A model generated the notes under the pieces. That model worked only from the letters and a program-made list of their open reading frames with translations. It had not been told where the DNA came from and made no database searches. Made by a program: the position numbers and the translations under genes. From Chiloscyllium plagiosum (lineage: Eukaryota), in the NCBI RefSeq assembly GCF_004010195.1, contig NC_057719.1:15750262-15803632 (forward strand): 53,371 nt of DNA. Reading direction: 5' to 3'. Positions 24,199 to 35,812 of the stretch are shown here, one piece after another (the stretch's first letter is position 1; every line of letters begins with the position of its first letter).

Positions 24199-25967
24199 CA
24201 AGATGGTGGTGGAGTAGGGTTCCTGAACTGGAGCTCCTCCACTCCATCCATTTCTTCTTTTTTTCTCATTTCATGTATTTATTTCCTTTCTACTTACTTC
24301 CTGTCCTCAGATGACATCAGAAACAAGGAAACAAGTTGAGCCAGCGTGTACTTGAGGTGAAGCCCAGCGCAGACTCTGGCACCAAAGTGAGGCCTAGTGC
24401 AGACCCCAGCCTCAAGGTGCAGCACAGCGCAGATACCCGGCTTCAAGGTGCAGCCCAGTGCAGACCCTTGGCTTCAAGGGGCAGCCCAACATGGATTAGA
24501 GGTTAACCCGAGCATGGATTCCTGGACTTGAGGTGAAGCTCAGCTCAGACTTCCACCCTCAAGGAAAAGGTCAGCACGGTCTCAAGGACACCTAGAGGTG
24601 AAACCCAGCGCGGATTCCCTGCCTCGAGGTGAAACCCAGCGCGGATTCCTGGCCTAGAGGTGAATCTTGGCGTGGATTTCCGGCCTTGAGGCAAATCGCA
24701 GCGTGGATTTCCTGCCTCGAGGTGAAACTCGACATGGATTCCCTGCCTCGAGGTGAATCTCGTTGCGGATTCCTGGCCTTGAGGTGAATCGCAGCGTGGA
24801 TTCCCTGCTTGAGGTGAATCTTGGCACAGAGTCCTGGCCTCGAAGTGAATCAGGGCAGATTTCTGGCCTCAAGGCGAAACTCAACACAGATTCCCTGCCT
24901 GGGGATGAAGCCCAGCCTGGACTCCTGGCCTTGAGGTGACTCTCAGTATGGATTCCCGACCTTAAGGTGAAACTCAAAGTGGATTCTCTGCTTCGAGGGG
25001 AATCTCAGCTTGGAATCTCAGTCTTGAGGTGAAGCCCGGCGCAGATTCTCTGCCTCGAGGTGAAACTCAGAGCGGATTCCCTGCCTCGAGGTGAAGCCAA
25101 GTGCGGACTTAATTGCACTCGGCCTTGAGGTAAAGCCCAGAATGGATTTGAGGACTCTCAGCCTTGACATGAAGCCCAGCGCGGGCTCCTTGCCTTGACG
25201 TGAAGCTCAGGCTGCTCTCATCCTCGATGTGAAGCCCAGCATGGACTCCTTGCCTTGAGGTGAAGCCCAGGGTGCTCTCATCCTCAAAGTGAAGTTCCCT
25301 GTGGATGCCCAGCCTTGGCGTGAAGCCCAGCGCGGACTCTCAGCCTCAGGGTGAAGCCAAGCGCGGACTCCCAGCCTCGACGTGAAGCCCAGCGCGGACT
25401 CCCAGCCTAAAGGTGAAGCCCAGTGTGGACTCCCAGCCTCAGGGTGAAGCCCAGCACAGACTCCCAGCCTCGACGTGAAGCCCAGCATGGACTCCCAGCC
25501 TCAGGGTGAAGCCCAGCATGGACTTTCAGCCTCGATGTTAAGCCCAGTGCAGACACCCAGCCTCGACGTGAAGCCTAGCACGGATGCCCAGCCTCGACGT
25601 GAAGCTCAACATGGACTCCTTGCTTTGAGGTGAAGTGCAGCATGGACTTCTGGCCTCGAGGTGAAGCCCCATGTGGACTCTCAGCCTCGAGGTGAAGTCC
25701 AACGTGGACTCAAGAATTCCAAGCCTCATTGTGAAGCCATCTGTTCTGTCTGCTTTTTTCTCCCCACTCTTTCGCTGCTTTAGAAGGACTGTAATGTTGA
25801 AATTTTAACTTTATTTATTTACTTTTCTAATTTACACTGAAGATTTTGTAACTAGGTACTTTTGTACTTAAGATGACGCTAGAAATGGCGACTGTACACT
25901 TTTCACAGTACCCATGTATCCCAATATTTGAATACATGTGACAGTAAAACCTAATTCTATTTCTAAT
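24199..25967 (+). mobile_element. Non-autonomous composite retroelement: LINE-like head + VNTR + Rex1-like 3' tail
   Basis: Head caagatggtggtggagtagg, internal VNTR, tail cttttcacagtac...tacatgtgacagtaaa plus short ctaat/ttcta repeats; minus-strand CR1-like sequence on both flanks. Confidence 0.6.
24340..25740 (+). repeat. GC-rich 31-bp minisatellite, about 45 units
   Basis: Representative unit gaggtgaaacccagcgcggattccctgcctc, head-to-tail, no spacers. Confidence 0.95.
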
Positions 25968-26501
25968 CCTTCTGAAAGTGTGGCACCCAAAACTGGAGGG
26001 ATACTCCAGTTAAAGATGAACTGGTAATCCAAGATGGAGGTCGGGAAAACGTTGTGGCTTTAAGAGCTGCTCCTTTATTGAGGATTTTCTTCAGTGTTGG
26101 CACGGATTTCTTCGAATTCTTGAAGCAGTAAGTACTATTTTATAAGCTGTTCATTGTTTTGGAATCTTGGGAAAGATCAAAACAAAGGCTGTTTTAAAAT
26201 GGGAGGAATTGAGTGAGCAGGTACCACGTGGAAGGTGATCTGCACAGCTGACTGACCAGGTAGTGAACTTTTACAGCTGACTGCTTCTGCTGTTTAACTT
26301 CAAGTATCTCTGGACATTCGAGTTCATCTAAGAAAAATAAGCAGTGAAATGCACAGCTGATCTCAGAGTAACTTCAGTATAGGGAACTGCTCACAGCAAG
26401 GAAGCAGCTATGTGTTTCTTTTAAAGGCAACCTTATGTTTTTCTTCGTAAATCTAAAATAGTTTTGTTTAAATGTTTATTGAGATCTGTCTCTTGATTTG
26501 T

Positions 26502-26810
26502 GGGCGGCAAGTGGCACTGTGGTTAGCACTGTTGCCTCACAGCGCCAGAGACCCGGGTTCAATTCCCGCCTCAGGCGACTGACTGTGTGGAGTTTGCACA
26601 TTCTCCCCGTGTCTGCATGGGTTTCCTCCGGGTGCTCCAGTTTCCTCCCACAGTCCAAAGATGTGCAGGCCAGGTGAATGGCCATGCTAAATTGCCCATA
26701 GTGTTAGGTAAGGGGTAGATGTAGGGGTATGGGTGGGTTGCGCTTCGGCGGGGCAGTGTGGACTTGTTGGGCTGAAGGGCCTGTTTCCACACTGTAAGTA
26801 ATCTAATCTA
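26502..26810 (+). mobile_element. HE1 SINE, full length
   Basis: A and B boxes, V-domain, (taatc)n tail. Confidence 0.93.
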
Positions 26811-27837
26811 ATTAAGGTTTCTTAAAATCAAAAAACATAGGTACTAAGTTATCTACAGCAGTATTTTTAGAGCAGTAAGACTGTGGTATATTCTAGGCCT
26901 GTAGATTGTTATTGTGCAAAGATGGTCTTTAGTAGGGTGATGTGCTCTTCCTGTCAGATGTGGGAGATTAGGGAGAATTTCAATGTTACTGATGATTATA
27001 ATGCAAGAAGTGTGTTTGGTTGTGAATTCTATTGGATCCATGGATAATTTGGAATGGCAGTTAGAGGCAATTAGGAAGTTACAGGGGCCAGAGAGTGTGA
27101 TAAATGGCATTTTCAGGAAGGTAGAAAAACCACAGTTTCAGTCAGGTAGATGGGTTAGGAAAGTTGGGAGAGGTAGGCAGGTAGTGCATCTCAAACAAGT
27201 ATGTTGTTTTGGAAAATATAAGGGTGATGGACTCTCAGTGGAATGTAGCACTGACAGACAAGTTTCTGGTACTGAGACTGGCTCTAATGTAATGAAGGGA
27301 TATGTCAATTTCCAAATGATCGATTGTGATAACAGACTCTCTAGTCAAAGGCACAGACAGACGTTTCTGTAGCTGACAACAAGACATCAGAATGGTGAGT
27401 TGCCTCCCTGGTACCAGCGTCAACAGATATCTTGAAGAAGGTGCAGAATGTTCTCAAAGAGGAGAGGGATCAGCAGGAGTTGTTGTACACATTGGAACCA
27501 ATGACATAAGAAGAGAAAGGGATAAGGTTCTGAGGAGAGAATATAGGAAATTAGACAGGAGGTTAAAAAGTAGGTTCTCAAGGGTAGTAATATCAAGTGC
27601 CAATGATATTGATAATGATATGAGAATAGGAATGGAGTAAATGGATGGGGAAGTTGGGGTGTGAGACCCAGATAGATAGTGAGGAATGAGATCAGTGTGA
27701 GGCTGATGCAGTTGGGAAAAAGAATAAGTCAAACAGTGAACGTAGGCAGAAGCAAAGTAAACAATGAGTTACTACTGATAAATTAAAGATTTATTTCAGT
27801 GCAAGAGACATGACAGGTAAGGTAGATGAACTCAACA

Positions 27838-28056
27838 CTGAGCTGAAAATGTGTAGCTGGAAAAGCGCAGCAGGTCAGGCAGCATCCAAGGAGCAGGAGA
27901 ATCGACGTGAGGCATGACCCCTTCTTCAGGAATGAAAAAGGGCTCATGCCCGAAACGTCGATTCTCCTGCTCCTTGGATGCTGCCTGACCTGCTGCGCTT
28001 TTCCAGCAACACATTTTCAGCTCTGATCTCCAGCATCTGCAGTCCTCACTTTCTCC
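27838..28056. mobile_element. Inverted-arm PLE terminal-repeat insertion (family A), 15-bp TSD
   Basis: TSD tagatgaactcaaca at 27823-27837 and 28057-28071; arms are reverse complements. Confidence 0.9.
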
Positions 28057-28384
28057 TAGATGAACTCAACAGCATGGTTGGGAACATGGGATATTATAGT
28101 TATTACAGAGACATGGCTCAGACATGGACAGGACTGGCAGCTAAATGTTTTAGGGTTTCGTTGCTATAGGGAGGACAAAATGGAGGCAGAAGAGGGGGAG
28201 TGGTGTTTTGATTGGGATACCATTAAAGCTGTATTCCTGACATACGTCCAGGGACATTATTTGGGTGGAACTAAAAATTAAGGAAGAGATGATCACCTTA
28301 TTGGGATTGCGCTATAGACCTCCCAAATAATCAGTGCAAAATTAAGAAGCAAATTTGTAAGATCTCAGTTATCTGTAAGTGTAA

Positions 28385-29900
28385 TCGGAACACAAGCAGA
28401 AACTTTCCTTCTCCACTGGGTCCTAAGCAACTCTCTCTGGTAAAAAAAATACAGTAAATTACCTGCTACACTGGGTCCTAAGCAGACTCTGCAAACATAC
28501 ACCAAACTGCAACCTACCTGCTCCACAGGGTCCTAGGAAGGATCACTTAACTGGAAGCAGTCACAATCCACTCCAACAGACCACCGGATCACTCAAATGT
28601 AAGAAACCTGTGGGAAGCAGGGTAAGCATGCCGGCCTGCTAGTGAGACTGAGACTACGCAGTTTCAAGACCCCTCTTCCTAGCTTACTACTAGCAAATGT
28701 ACACTCTCTGGAGAATAAGATGGACGAACTCAGATCACAACTCAGCTTCCAATGTGAACTGTGGGACTGCTGCCCACTCTGCTTCACAGAAACCTGGCTC
28801 AACTCATACATTCCCGACTGCGCACTTTAGACTGAAGGTTTTTCTATCCATCAGATGGACCGTACAGCGTCGTCAGGTAAGACAAAGGATGTATGGATTT
28901 GCTTTTTAATCGACAACTTGTGCTGCAGGGACATTGCAACCCTGGGCAGCTATTGCTCCCCAAAACTTTAAATTCCTCACTGTCAAATGCCCCTTCTATC
29001 TACCACGGGAATTTACCACTGCTACACTAACTGCTGTGTACATACTGTCACAAACAAAGATTGAGGAAGAGAGAAAGTGAGGGCTGCAGATGCTGGAGAT
29101 CAGAGCTGAAAATGTGTTGCTGGAAAAGCGCGCAGGTCAGGCAGCATCCAAGGAACAGGAGAATTGACGTTTCGGGCATAAGCCCTTCTTCCGGAAAGGG
29201 CTTCCTAAAGATTGAGGAAGCTCTGGATGTGCTGTACTCCACCACTAACACCCTGGAGATGGAACACCTAGACGCCCTGTTTGTTGTAACTGGCGATTTC
29301 AACCAAGCCAATCTAAGGAAGTTGTTGCCCAAGTACCACCAGAACATTACCTGCCCCACCAGGGGCCCAAACATTTTAGACCACTGCTACACCACTGTGA
29401 AAGATGCCTACCGCTCCATCCCCCGCCCCCATTTTGGGAACTCTGACCACAATGCCGTGTTTCTTCTCCCGGATTACAGGCAAAAGCTCAAGCAGGAGAA
29501 CCCTTCAAGGATACAGGTCCAGTGCTGGTCAGAGGAGGCAGAGGATTGGTGCTGTCTGGAATCGGCTGATTGGGACATGTTCAAACAGTCCGTAGGTACC
29601 TTGGAAGAGTACGCCACCACTGTCACAGACTTTATCAGCAAATGTGTGGAGGACTCCATACTGAGGAAGTCAATCCGGGTGTTCCCCAACAGGAAACCCT
29701 GGATTATTCAGGACTTACAGAACTTGCTAAAAACCAGGTGTGAGGCCTTCAGATCAGGACACCCACTCAAATATAAGGAATCCAAGTATGACCTTTGCAG
29801 AGCCATTAAGACAGCCAAGGACCAATACTGATCCAAATTAGAGACCCAGACAGACACCCGGCGACTATGGCAAGGACTGAATGACATCACAGGTTCTAAA
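28385..29900 (+). mobile_element. Rex1/Babar LINE, 5' part (AP endonuclease)
   Basis: LPSLLLANVHSLENKMDEL, LCFTETWL, GDFNQANL, CPTRGPNILDHCY, HFGNSDHNAVFL, VFPNRKPWI. Confidence 0.9.
29070..29206 (-). mobile_element. Short PLE terminal-repeat insertion (family A), 14-bp TSD, inside the Rex1 ORF
   Basis: TSD aaagattgaggaag at 29056-29069 and 29207-29220; hammerhead core mutated (CGGAAGA). Confidence 0.9.
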
Positions 29901-30332
29901 AGTTGAAGATGAAAGAGAACTGCCAAAAGATCAACAGATGTGGGCTGCTAGTAAGAACTCTCTGAGAAGTACCTGTCTAGAGAAAGAGTTTGCACAGAAA
30001 GAAGCATCGATGCTGACCTGGAGAGCAAATCTACAGAGGAAGATACACAGAGAAGATTCAACAGCTGGCTGGTTTTGAAATTTGAATTTTTCGGTAAATC
30101 TTAATCGGGGGTCTTATCGGACCAGTATTGTAGAGGTGAAGGTAATAAATAGATAAATGAGTTGTAAATAATTGTTAGTTAATATTCTCTGTTAGACTTA
30201 AAAAAAATGTTGTTAATTTTTACTTTAAATAGTGACTTTTGGGATAGTTCTTCCCTCTTGAATTTTCATGGGGTAAATCTTTTCTGTGTTGCTGGTTTAA
30301 ATTAGCACGGGTATTCACCCCATGTCCTAACA
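29901..30332 (+). mobile_element. Probable LTR fragment
   Basis: Non-coding block between Rex1 and CR1 ending ...gtcctaaCA; 5' TG end not seen. Confidence 0.4.
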
Positions 30333-32369
30333 ATGGGAAGTCTTCAAAAATTAGATAATGAGAGTACAGAGACAATATGATTCTGTTAGGGTGAAGGGTA
30401 AGGCTGGTAGGTGTAGAGAGTGCTGGATGGTTTGAGAAATTGAGGTTTTGGTCAAGAAAAAGAAGGAAGCATATTGTAGGCGTAGATAGCAGGGATCAAG
30501 TGAATCCCGAGGAGATTATAAGGGCAGTAGGAGTATACTCAAGAGGGAAATCAGGAGGGCAAAAAGGGAACAGGAAGTTGCTTTAGCAAATGGAGTTAAG
30601 GAGAATCCAAAAGGATTCTACAAATATATAAAAAACAAAAGAGTCACTAGGGAGAGAACATGGCCTCTGATTGATCAGTTTAGCCACCTATGTTTGGAAC
30701 CACAGGAGATGGGTGAGATTTTTTAAAAAATGCATATTTTGCATCAGTGTTTACTGTGGAGAAAGCTATGGAAATGAGAAAAATCAGGGGAGTAAATAGC
30801 GATATCTTGAAAAGTGTCCATATTACAGATGAGGTGGTGCTGGATATCTTAAAATGCAAAAACGTGGATAAATCCCCAGGACCTCATCAGGTGTACCTTA
30901 GGACTTTGTGGGAAGCTAGGGAAGTGATCGCTGTGCTCCTCGCTGATATATTTGTATCATCAATTGCCACAGTTGAGGTGCCAGAACACTGGAGGCTGGC
31001 TAACGTGATGCCATTATTTAAGAAAGGTGAAAGGAAAAGCCAAGGAACTATAGACCAGTGAGCCTGACGTCAGTGGTAGGCATGTTGTTAGAAGGGATGC
31101 TGAGGGACAAATACTTGGAAAGGCAAGGATTGATTAAGGATAGTCAACCTTTGCATTGGAAATAGGGTCTCACAAACTTAAATGAGTTTTTGAGGAAGTG
31201 ACAGAGAGGATTGATGAAGGCAAAGCAGTGGACATGGTCTATACATACTTCAATGAAGCATTTAACAAGGTTTTCCAGGGCAGACTGGTTAACAAGGTTA
31301 GATCACATGGAATACAGAGAGGACTAGCCATTTGGATACATAACAGGCCCAAAAGCAGGAGACAGAGGATGGTGACGGAGGGTTGTTTTTTAGACTAGAG
31401 ACCTGTGACCATGTCCTAACAATGGGAAGTCTTCAAAAATTAGATAATGAGAGTACAGAGACAGTATGATTCTGTTAGGGTGAAGGGTAAGGCTGGTAGG
31501 TGTAGAGAGTGCTGGATGGTTTGAGAAATTGAGAAATTGAGGTTGTGTTGAGTCCACTGCTTTTTGTCATTTATATAAATCATTTGGATATGAACACAGG
31601 AAGTGTGGTGAGTAGTAAGATGACATCAAAATTGATGGTATAGTGAACAGCCAAGAAGATTATCTCAGAGTACAACAGGACCCTTGATCCGATGGGCCAA
31701 GAAGTGACAGATGGAATTTAATTTAGATAAGAGTGAGGTGCAAATTTTGGTAAGGCAAATCAGGCAGGACATATACACTTAATGGGTAAGGTCCTGGGAG
31801 TGTTGCTGAACAAAGAGACGTTGGAGTACAGGTTCATAGTTCATTGAAAGTGGAGTCACAAGCAAACAGGATAGTGAAGAAGGTGTTTTGTATGCTTGCC
31901 TTTATTGGTTAGTGCATAGAGTATAGGAGTTGGGATGTCATGTTGCAGTTGTACAGGAATTTGGTTCGGCCACTTTGGGAACACTGCTTTCAGTTCTCGA
32001 CTCCCAGCTTTAGGAAAGATGTAGTGAAACTTGAAAAGGTTCAGAAAAGATTTACAGAGATGTTGCCAGGGTTGGTTTAAGCTAAGGAAGAGGCTGAATA
32101 AGCTGTGGATATTTTCCCTGGAGCATCAGAAGCTGAGGGGTGACCTTATTGGAAGTTTATAAAATCACGAGGGGCATGGATAGGGTGAACAGCCAAGGTC
32201 TTTTTCCAGGGTAGGGTGGTCCAAAACTAGAGGGCACAGATGTAAGGTAAGAGAGGAAAGACTTAAAATTGACCTAAGGGGCAAATATTTTACACAGATG
32301 GAATGAGGTGCCAGAGGAAGTGGTGGAGACTGGTACAATTACAATACTTAAAATACATCTCGATGAATA

Positions 32370-32495
32370 GGAAGGGCTTTTGGCCAAAACGTCGATTTTC
32401 CTGCTCCTCAGATGCTGCCTGAACTGCTGTGTTTTCCCAGTGCCACTCTAATCTAGAATCTGGTTTCCAGCATCTGCAGCCCTTGTTTTTACCTA
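32370..32495 (+). mobile_element. Short PLE terminal-repeat insertion (family A) in the CR1 3' end
   Basis: gaagggcttttggccaaaacgtcg...tttttacct splits CR1 gaataggaaggg|tttagaggg. Confidence 0.85.
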
Positions 32496-33161
32496 GGGTT
32501 TAGAGGGATATGGGCCAAATGCTGGCAAATGGGTCTAGATTAAGTTAGAATACCTGGTTGGTATGGATAAGTTGGATCAAAGGGTCTGTTTTGATGCCAT
32601 ATATCTCTATGACATTGTCAAACCAATGTTCGATACATTTGACCTAATGTCCTTGCTTCAAAACCAGTCAAATAAAACCAAGACTGTAGATGCTGGAGAT
32701 CTCAAACAAAAACAGAAATTGTTAGAGAAATACAGCTAATCTGGCAACATCTTTAAGAAGCACGCAGAGTTAACGTTTCAAGTCTGGTGACTCTTCAACA
32801 TAAGAAAATGAGGCATTTACGCTGAAACCAAAGTTGATGGAGGGGAGGGGATAAGTGGAAACTAAATCCAGAGAGAGAGATGAAAAGGATCATGGAGAGC
32901 ATGTCATAACAGAAGCTGGATACGTCATGATGAAGAGCTAGGAGAGGCAACGAGTTAGCTGTACTCAGTACCTACACCTTTATTATCTCCATCTCTGGCG
33001 GCTCCATCTTCATCCATCTACTCACCTCATCCCTCCCCCAACTTCAGCTTCCGCGTAAATAACTGTCATGATTCGGAGATGCCGGTGTTGGACTAGGGTG
33101 TACAAAGTTAAAAATCACACAACACCAGTTTATAGTCCAACAGATTTAATTGGAAGCACAC

Positions 33162-33190
33162 TAGCTTTCGGAGCGACGCTCCTTCATCAG
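33162..33190 (-). ncRNA. Minimal hammerhead ribozyme core (minus arm)
   Basis: CUGAUGA-A-GGAGC-GUC-GCUCC-GAAA-GC-UA; stem I cau/gug. Confidence 0.65.
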
Positions 33191-33214
33191 ATGATTGTGG
33201 AGCTCCACAATCAC

Positions 33215-33243
33215 CTGATGAAGGAGCGTCGCTCCGAAAGCTA
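33215..33243 (+). ncRNA. Minimal hammerhead ribozyme core (plus arm)
   Basis: CUGAUGA-A-GGAGC-GUC-GCUCC-GAAA-GC-UA; stem I cac/gug; palindromic AGCU replaces stem III. Confidence 0.7.
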
Positions 33244-33309
33244 GTGTGCTTCCAATTAAACCTGTTGGACTATAACCTGGTGCTGTGTGATTTTTAAGTA
33301 AATAACTGG

Positions 33310-33950
33310 GGGATGTCATCGGTCTGAGGTGTCTTAAATCGTGAAACTTGTTTCCAAGTGATGGAGGTTCCTATGCTGATGACGACAGTTAACCAGTAGA
33401 AGGGCGGCCATTTTTGTTTGAGGTCCTCGAGAGCGGAGAAGGGTGGAAACGGCGTCAGTTGCGCCACGCTCGCGCTACAGTTTAAACGGTTGTCAGGGCT
33501 TACCAACGGCCAGGCTCGTCCCCAAGAGACAGAGGTAGGAGAAAAAAAATGCTCGAATCTCTCCAGTGGGGGAAATCAAGGATATATATGAGAGAAGTGA
33601 CCATTAAAACCGATTGTTAAATTCTCTTCGACCGCCGGCCAATAATAAGGCTAAAAGATAGTGTCACGCCCTTTGCAACTCGAACACCAGCCCAGCTGCT
33701 GCAAACTGTTCTCCTACTGCTTTAAATGTTAGGTCTGCTTGCATTTTTTTTATTGCTATCTTTTTTGATTCGCCCATAAGTTTTCTTTTTAAACAGCTCC
33801 TCTGATATTTCACCACAACGGTCCGTCCTGTTCCATAGCACGAATATTGTGTCCCCCGCGTAGCACCCCATTGCCGTGTGATGTATGAAGCCGGCTAATT
33901 GAAAATTTAAAATCAGCTCTTGCTTGTTGCCCCAAAATGTGACAGTATCG
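33310..33950. promoter_or_regulatory. CpG-rich promoter and probable first exon of an unidentified gene
   Basis: CpG cluster, YY1-like gcggccattttt (33404-33415), CCAAT near 33639, donors GAG|gtagga (+, 33535) and TTG|gtaagc (-, 33503). Confidence 0.6.
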
Positions 33951-35812
33951 TCACTATTTGCATGATGTTCATTTCTCAGTGAGCAGAAACAGTCATGTTT
34001 ACTCACTTGTGATCTTGTGTAAATGAAGTACTGGCGCAAAAAATGCATTTCATAAATATGTACAGACATTTAAAATTTTCTGACGCCACAACATTAAAGG
34101 CTGATTTTCCACACGTGTATTTCACTGTTGGTGATGTGGAACCCAGAGACTGAAATTACAGGCTTCAACTTTCGAAATCTACCTTTTAGATGGATATTCC
34201 TGACAGAACTTTATACCTGTTTCGCATATTCATACTATAAGGAAAGCTAGAGGCAGGCCTTCGGTTGGAACGGGAATAGGCCACCTTCTGATAGGTGAAA
34301 TGTGGAGGTGGTGGAAAAGTGCATTGGAATAGTGGCACAGAGTTTTGGAGAGTGAATGGTGGCACCATTTGTGTAAGCAGAAAAAGCATTGGCTGCTGGG
34401 TCACAGCAAGATGTTGCTGTAGGAAAACCTGTGCGTTTGTTGGTGGGTGCAGTGCAAACTGAGGACTTGTACAGCTGTTCTCACTGCTGATTGATATCAC
34501 AAGCTATAATGTTTGAAGTTCATTGTGAGGTGCTAAAATGAACAAAAATGAAAGGCTAAATCAAATAATGTACTCATTTAAAAACAACTAGTTTATATAA
34601 ATTCTTAATGTATGTTGCAAGATACTTTATAGTGTTGGGATCGACATAGTACTATTGAATGATAAGGGAATTGGGGCAAAAACAGTAATTACTCAAGAAA
34701 TTCAACAATCTGGCAGCATCTGTGTGGAGAAAGCAGAGAAAATGTCTTCGGCTTTGGCCAATTCATCAGAATTGATAGTAACTGCTAATTAACATGGGTC
34801 AAGACTTGCCAATACGTTGGAACAAATGTGATTAACATCATCTTGTTTAAAGTCCACCTAATTAACTGGTATTTTTTGAGGTTTTCATTTTACCAGCATG
34901 AGTTTGAAAGTAAATAGAATACAATGTATTGAAGAAACTTGGTAGAGTACATTGTGATATGATTAACTTTACTTGAAAGGAGTGTAATAAATACAGAATT
35001 ACAAGAATTTTCTAAAGAAGTTCAGTGCACCCTGGGGGTTAAATTTGATAACCATTGGAAATTAGCATTTTGATGGCTAAGTGCAACCAACTTGCAGCTG
35101 TTCACTGTGATGTAGGCTGAATACTATTTCATGTTGCCCTGTTTTAAGTACACCTCACTGGAATAGCACCCTAGAAAATCAAGCTCTGTTATATTCAGGA
35201 TAGTGACAAGTTAAAAATTTTATCAAACTACACAAAATTCAAATTTAATCTGTCAGTTTAACAGAAAACGTGGACTAGTTTTCTGTATTTAATGAGACCT
35301 ATTTATTCATTACAAATAAATAGATGTTAACCTCAAGTAAACAATTATAAGTTGTCAACAAAGTTAAAGATCTAATCTTTTAAAAAGCCCTCTATACATA
35401 CAGACAAAAAAAATTGCAGAAATGGATGGCAGAAAAAAAACTACTGGGGAGGCAGTTCAATGGTACCAGTGCTCCGAATTCATTGGAGGGGTTCCTTTTG
35501 TTTCCTGAATCATGGGGAGCACACAGAAAAGTGGAGTTGAGGATGAGATGAGATCACACATCATCATGTTAAATGGTGGAGAATTAAGGGGCTGACTTGC
35601 CTACTCCTCCAAATCTTATGTTCTTATTGAAATAACTCCATGAAGACCAGTATCTAGTCACTAAGTCAACTTTTATTTACACGTTTTGTACATTATGCTG
35701 ATACAGCTAGCTGAGAGCGTGCTCCTAGAATAAACAGAACCCCTGACAATCCTGTTTTGTGCTTTTGTGTCATCTCACACTCCAACCAATGTTACTCATA
35801 GCTCACGTTAGT

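Larger units (their letters stand above)
26030..32612 (+). mobile_element. Near full-length decayed CR1 (5' UTR, ORF1 Zn-finger/zipper/SGNH esterase, ORF2 endonuclease-RT, tail) with nested inserts
   Basis: MCSSCQMWE..CKKC, CLPG..VVVHIGTNDI, WDIIVITETWL, DKSPGPHQVY, WRLANVMPLFKKG and the CR1 tail occur in order. Confidence 0.85.
33066..33297. mobile_element. Palindromic PLE terminal-repeat insertion (family B), 11-bp TSD
   Basis: TSD gtaaataactg at 33055-33065 and 33298-33308; spacerless inverted repeat 33108-33297. Confidence 0.9.

Noticed and set aside
24340..25740. CRISPR array or repeat-protein CDS
   Set aside because: Head-to-tail units with no unique spacers and no cas genes; the 31-bp period and stops break the reading frames.
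29061..29831. 256-aa ORF as a host gene
   Set aside because: An antisense PLE mini-insert bounded by a TSD, fused to a disrupted Rex1 endonuclease.
34190..34240. ttttag|ATG as a coding start (MDIPDRTLYLFRIFIL*)
   Set aside because: Stops after 16 codons and has no strong donor.
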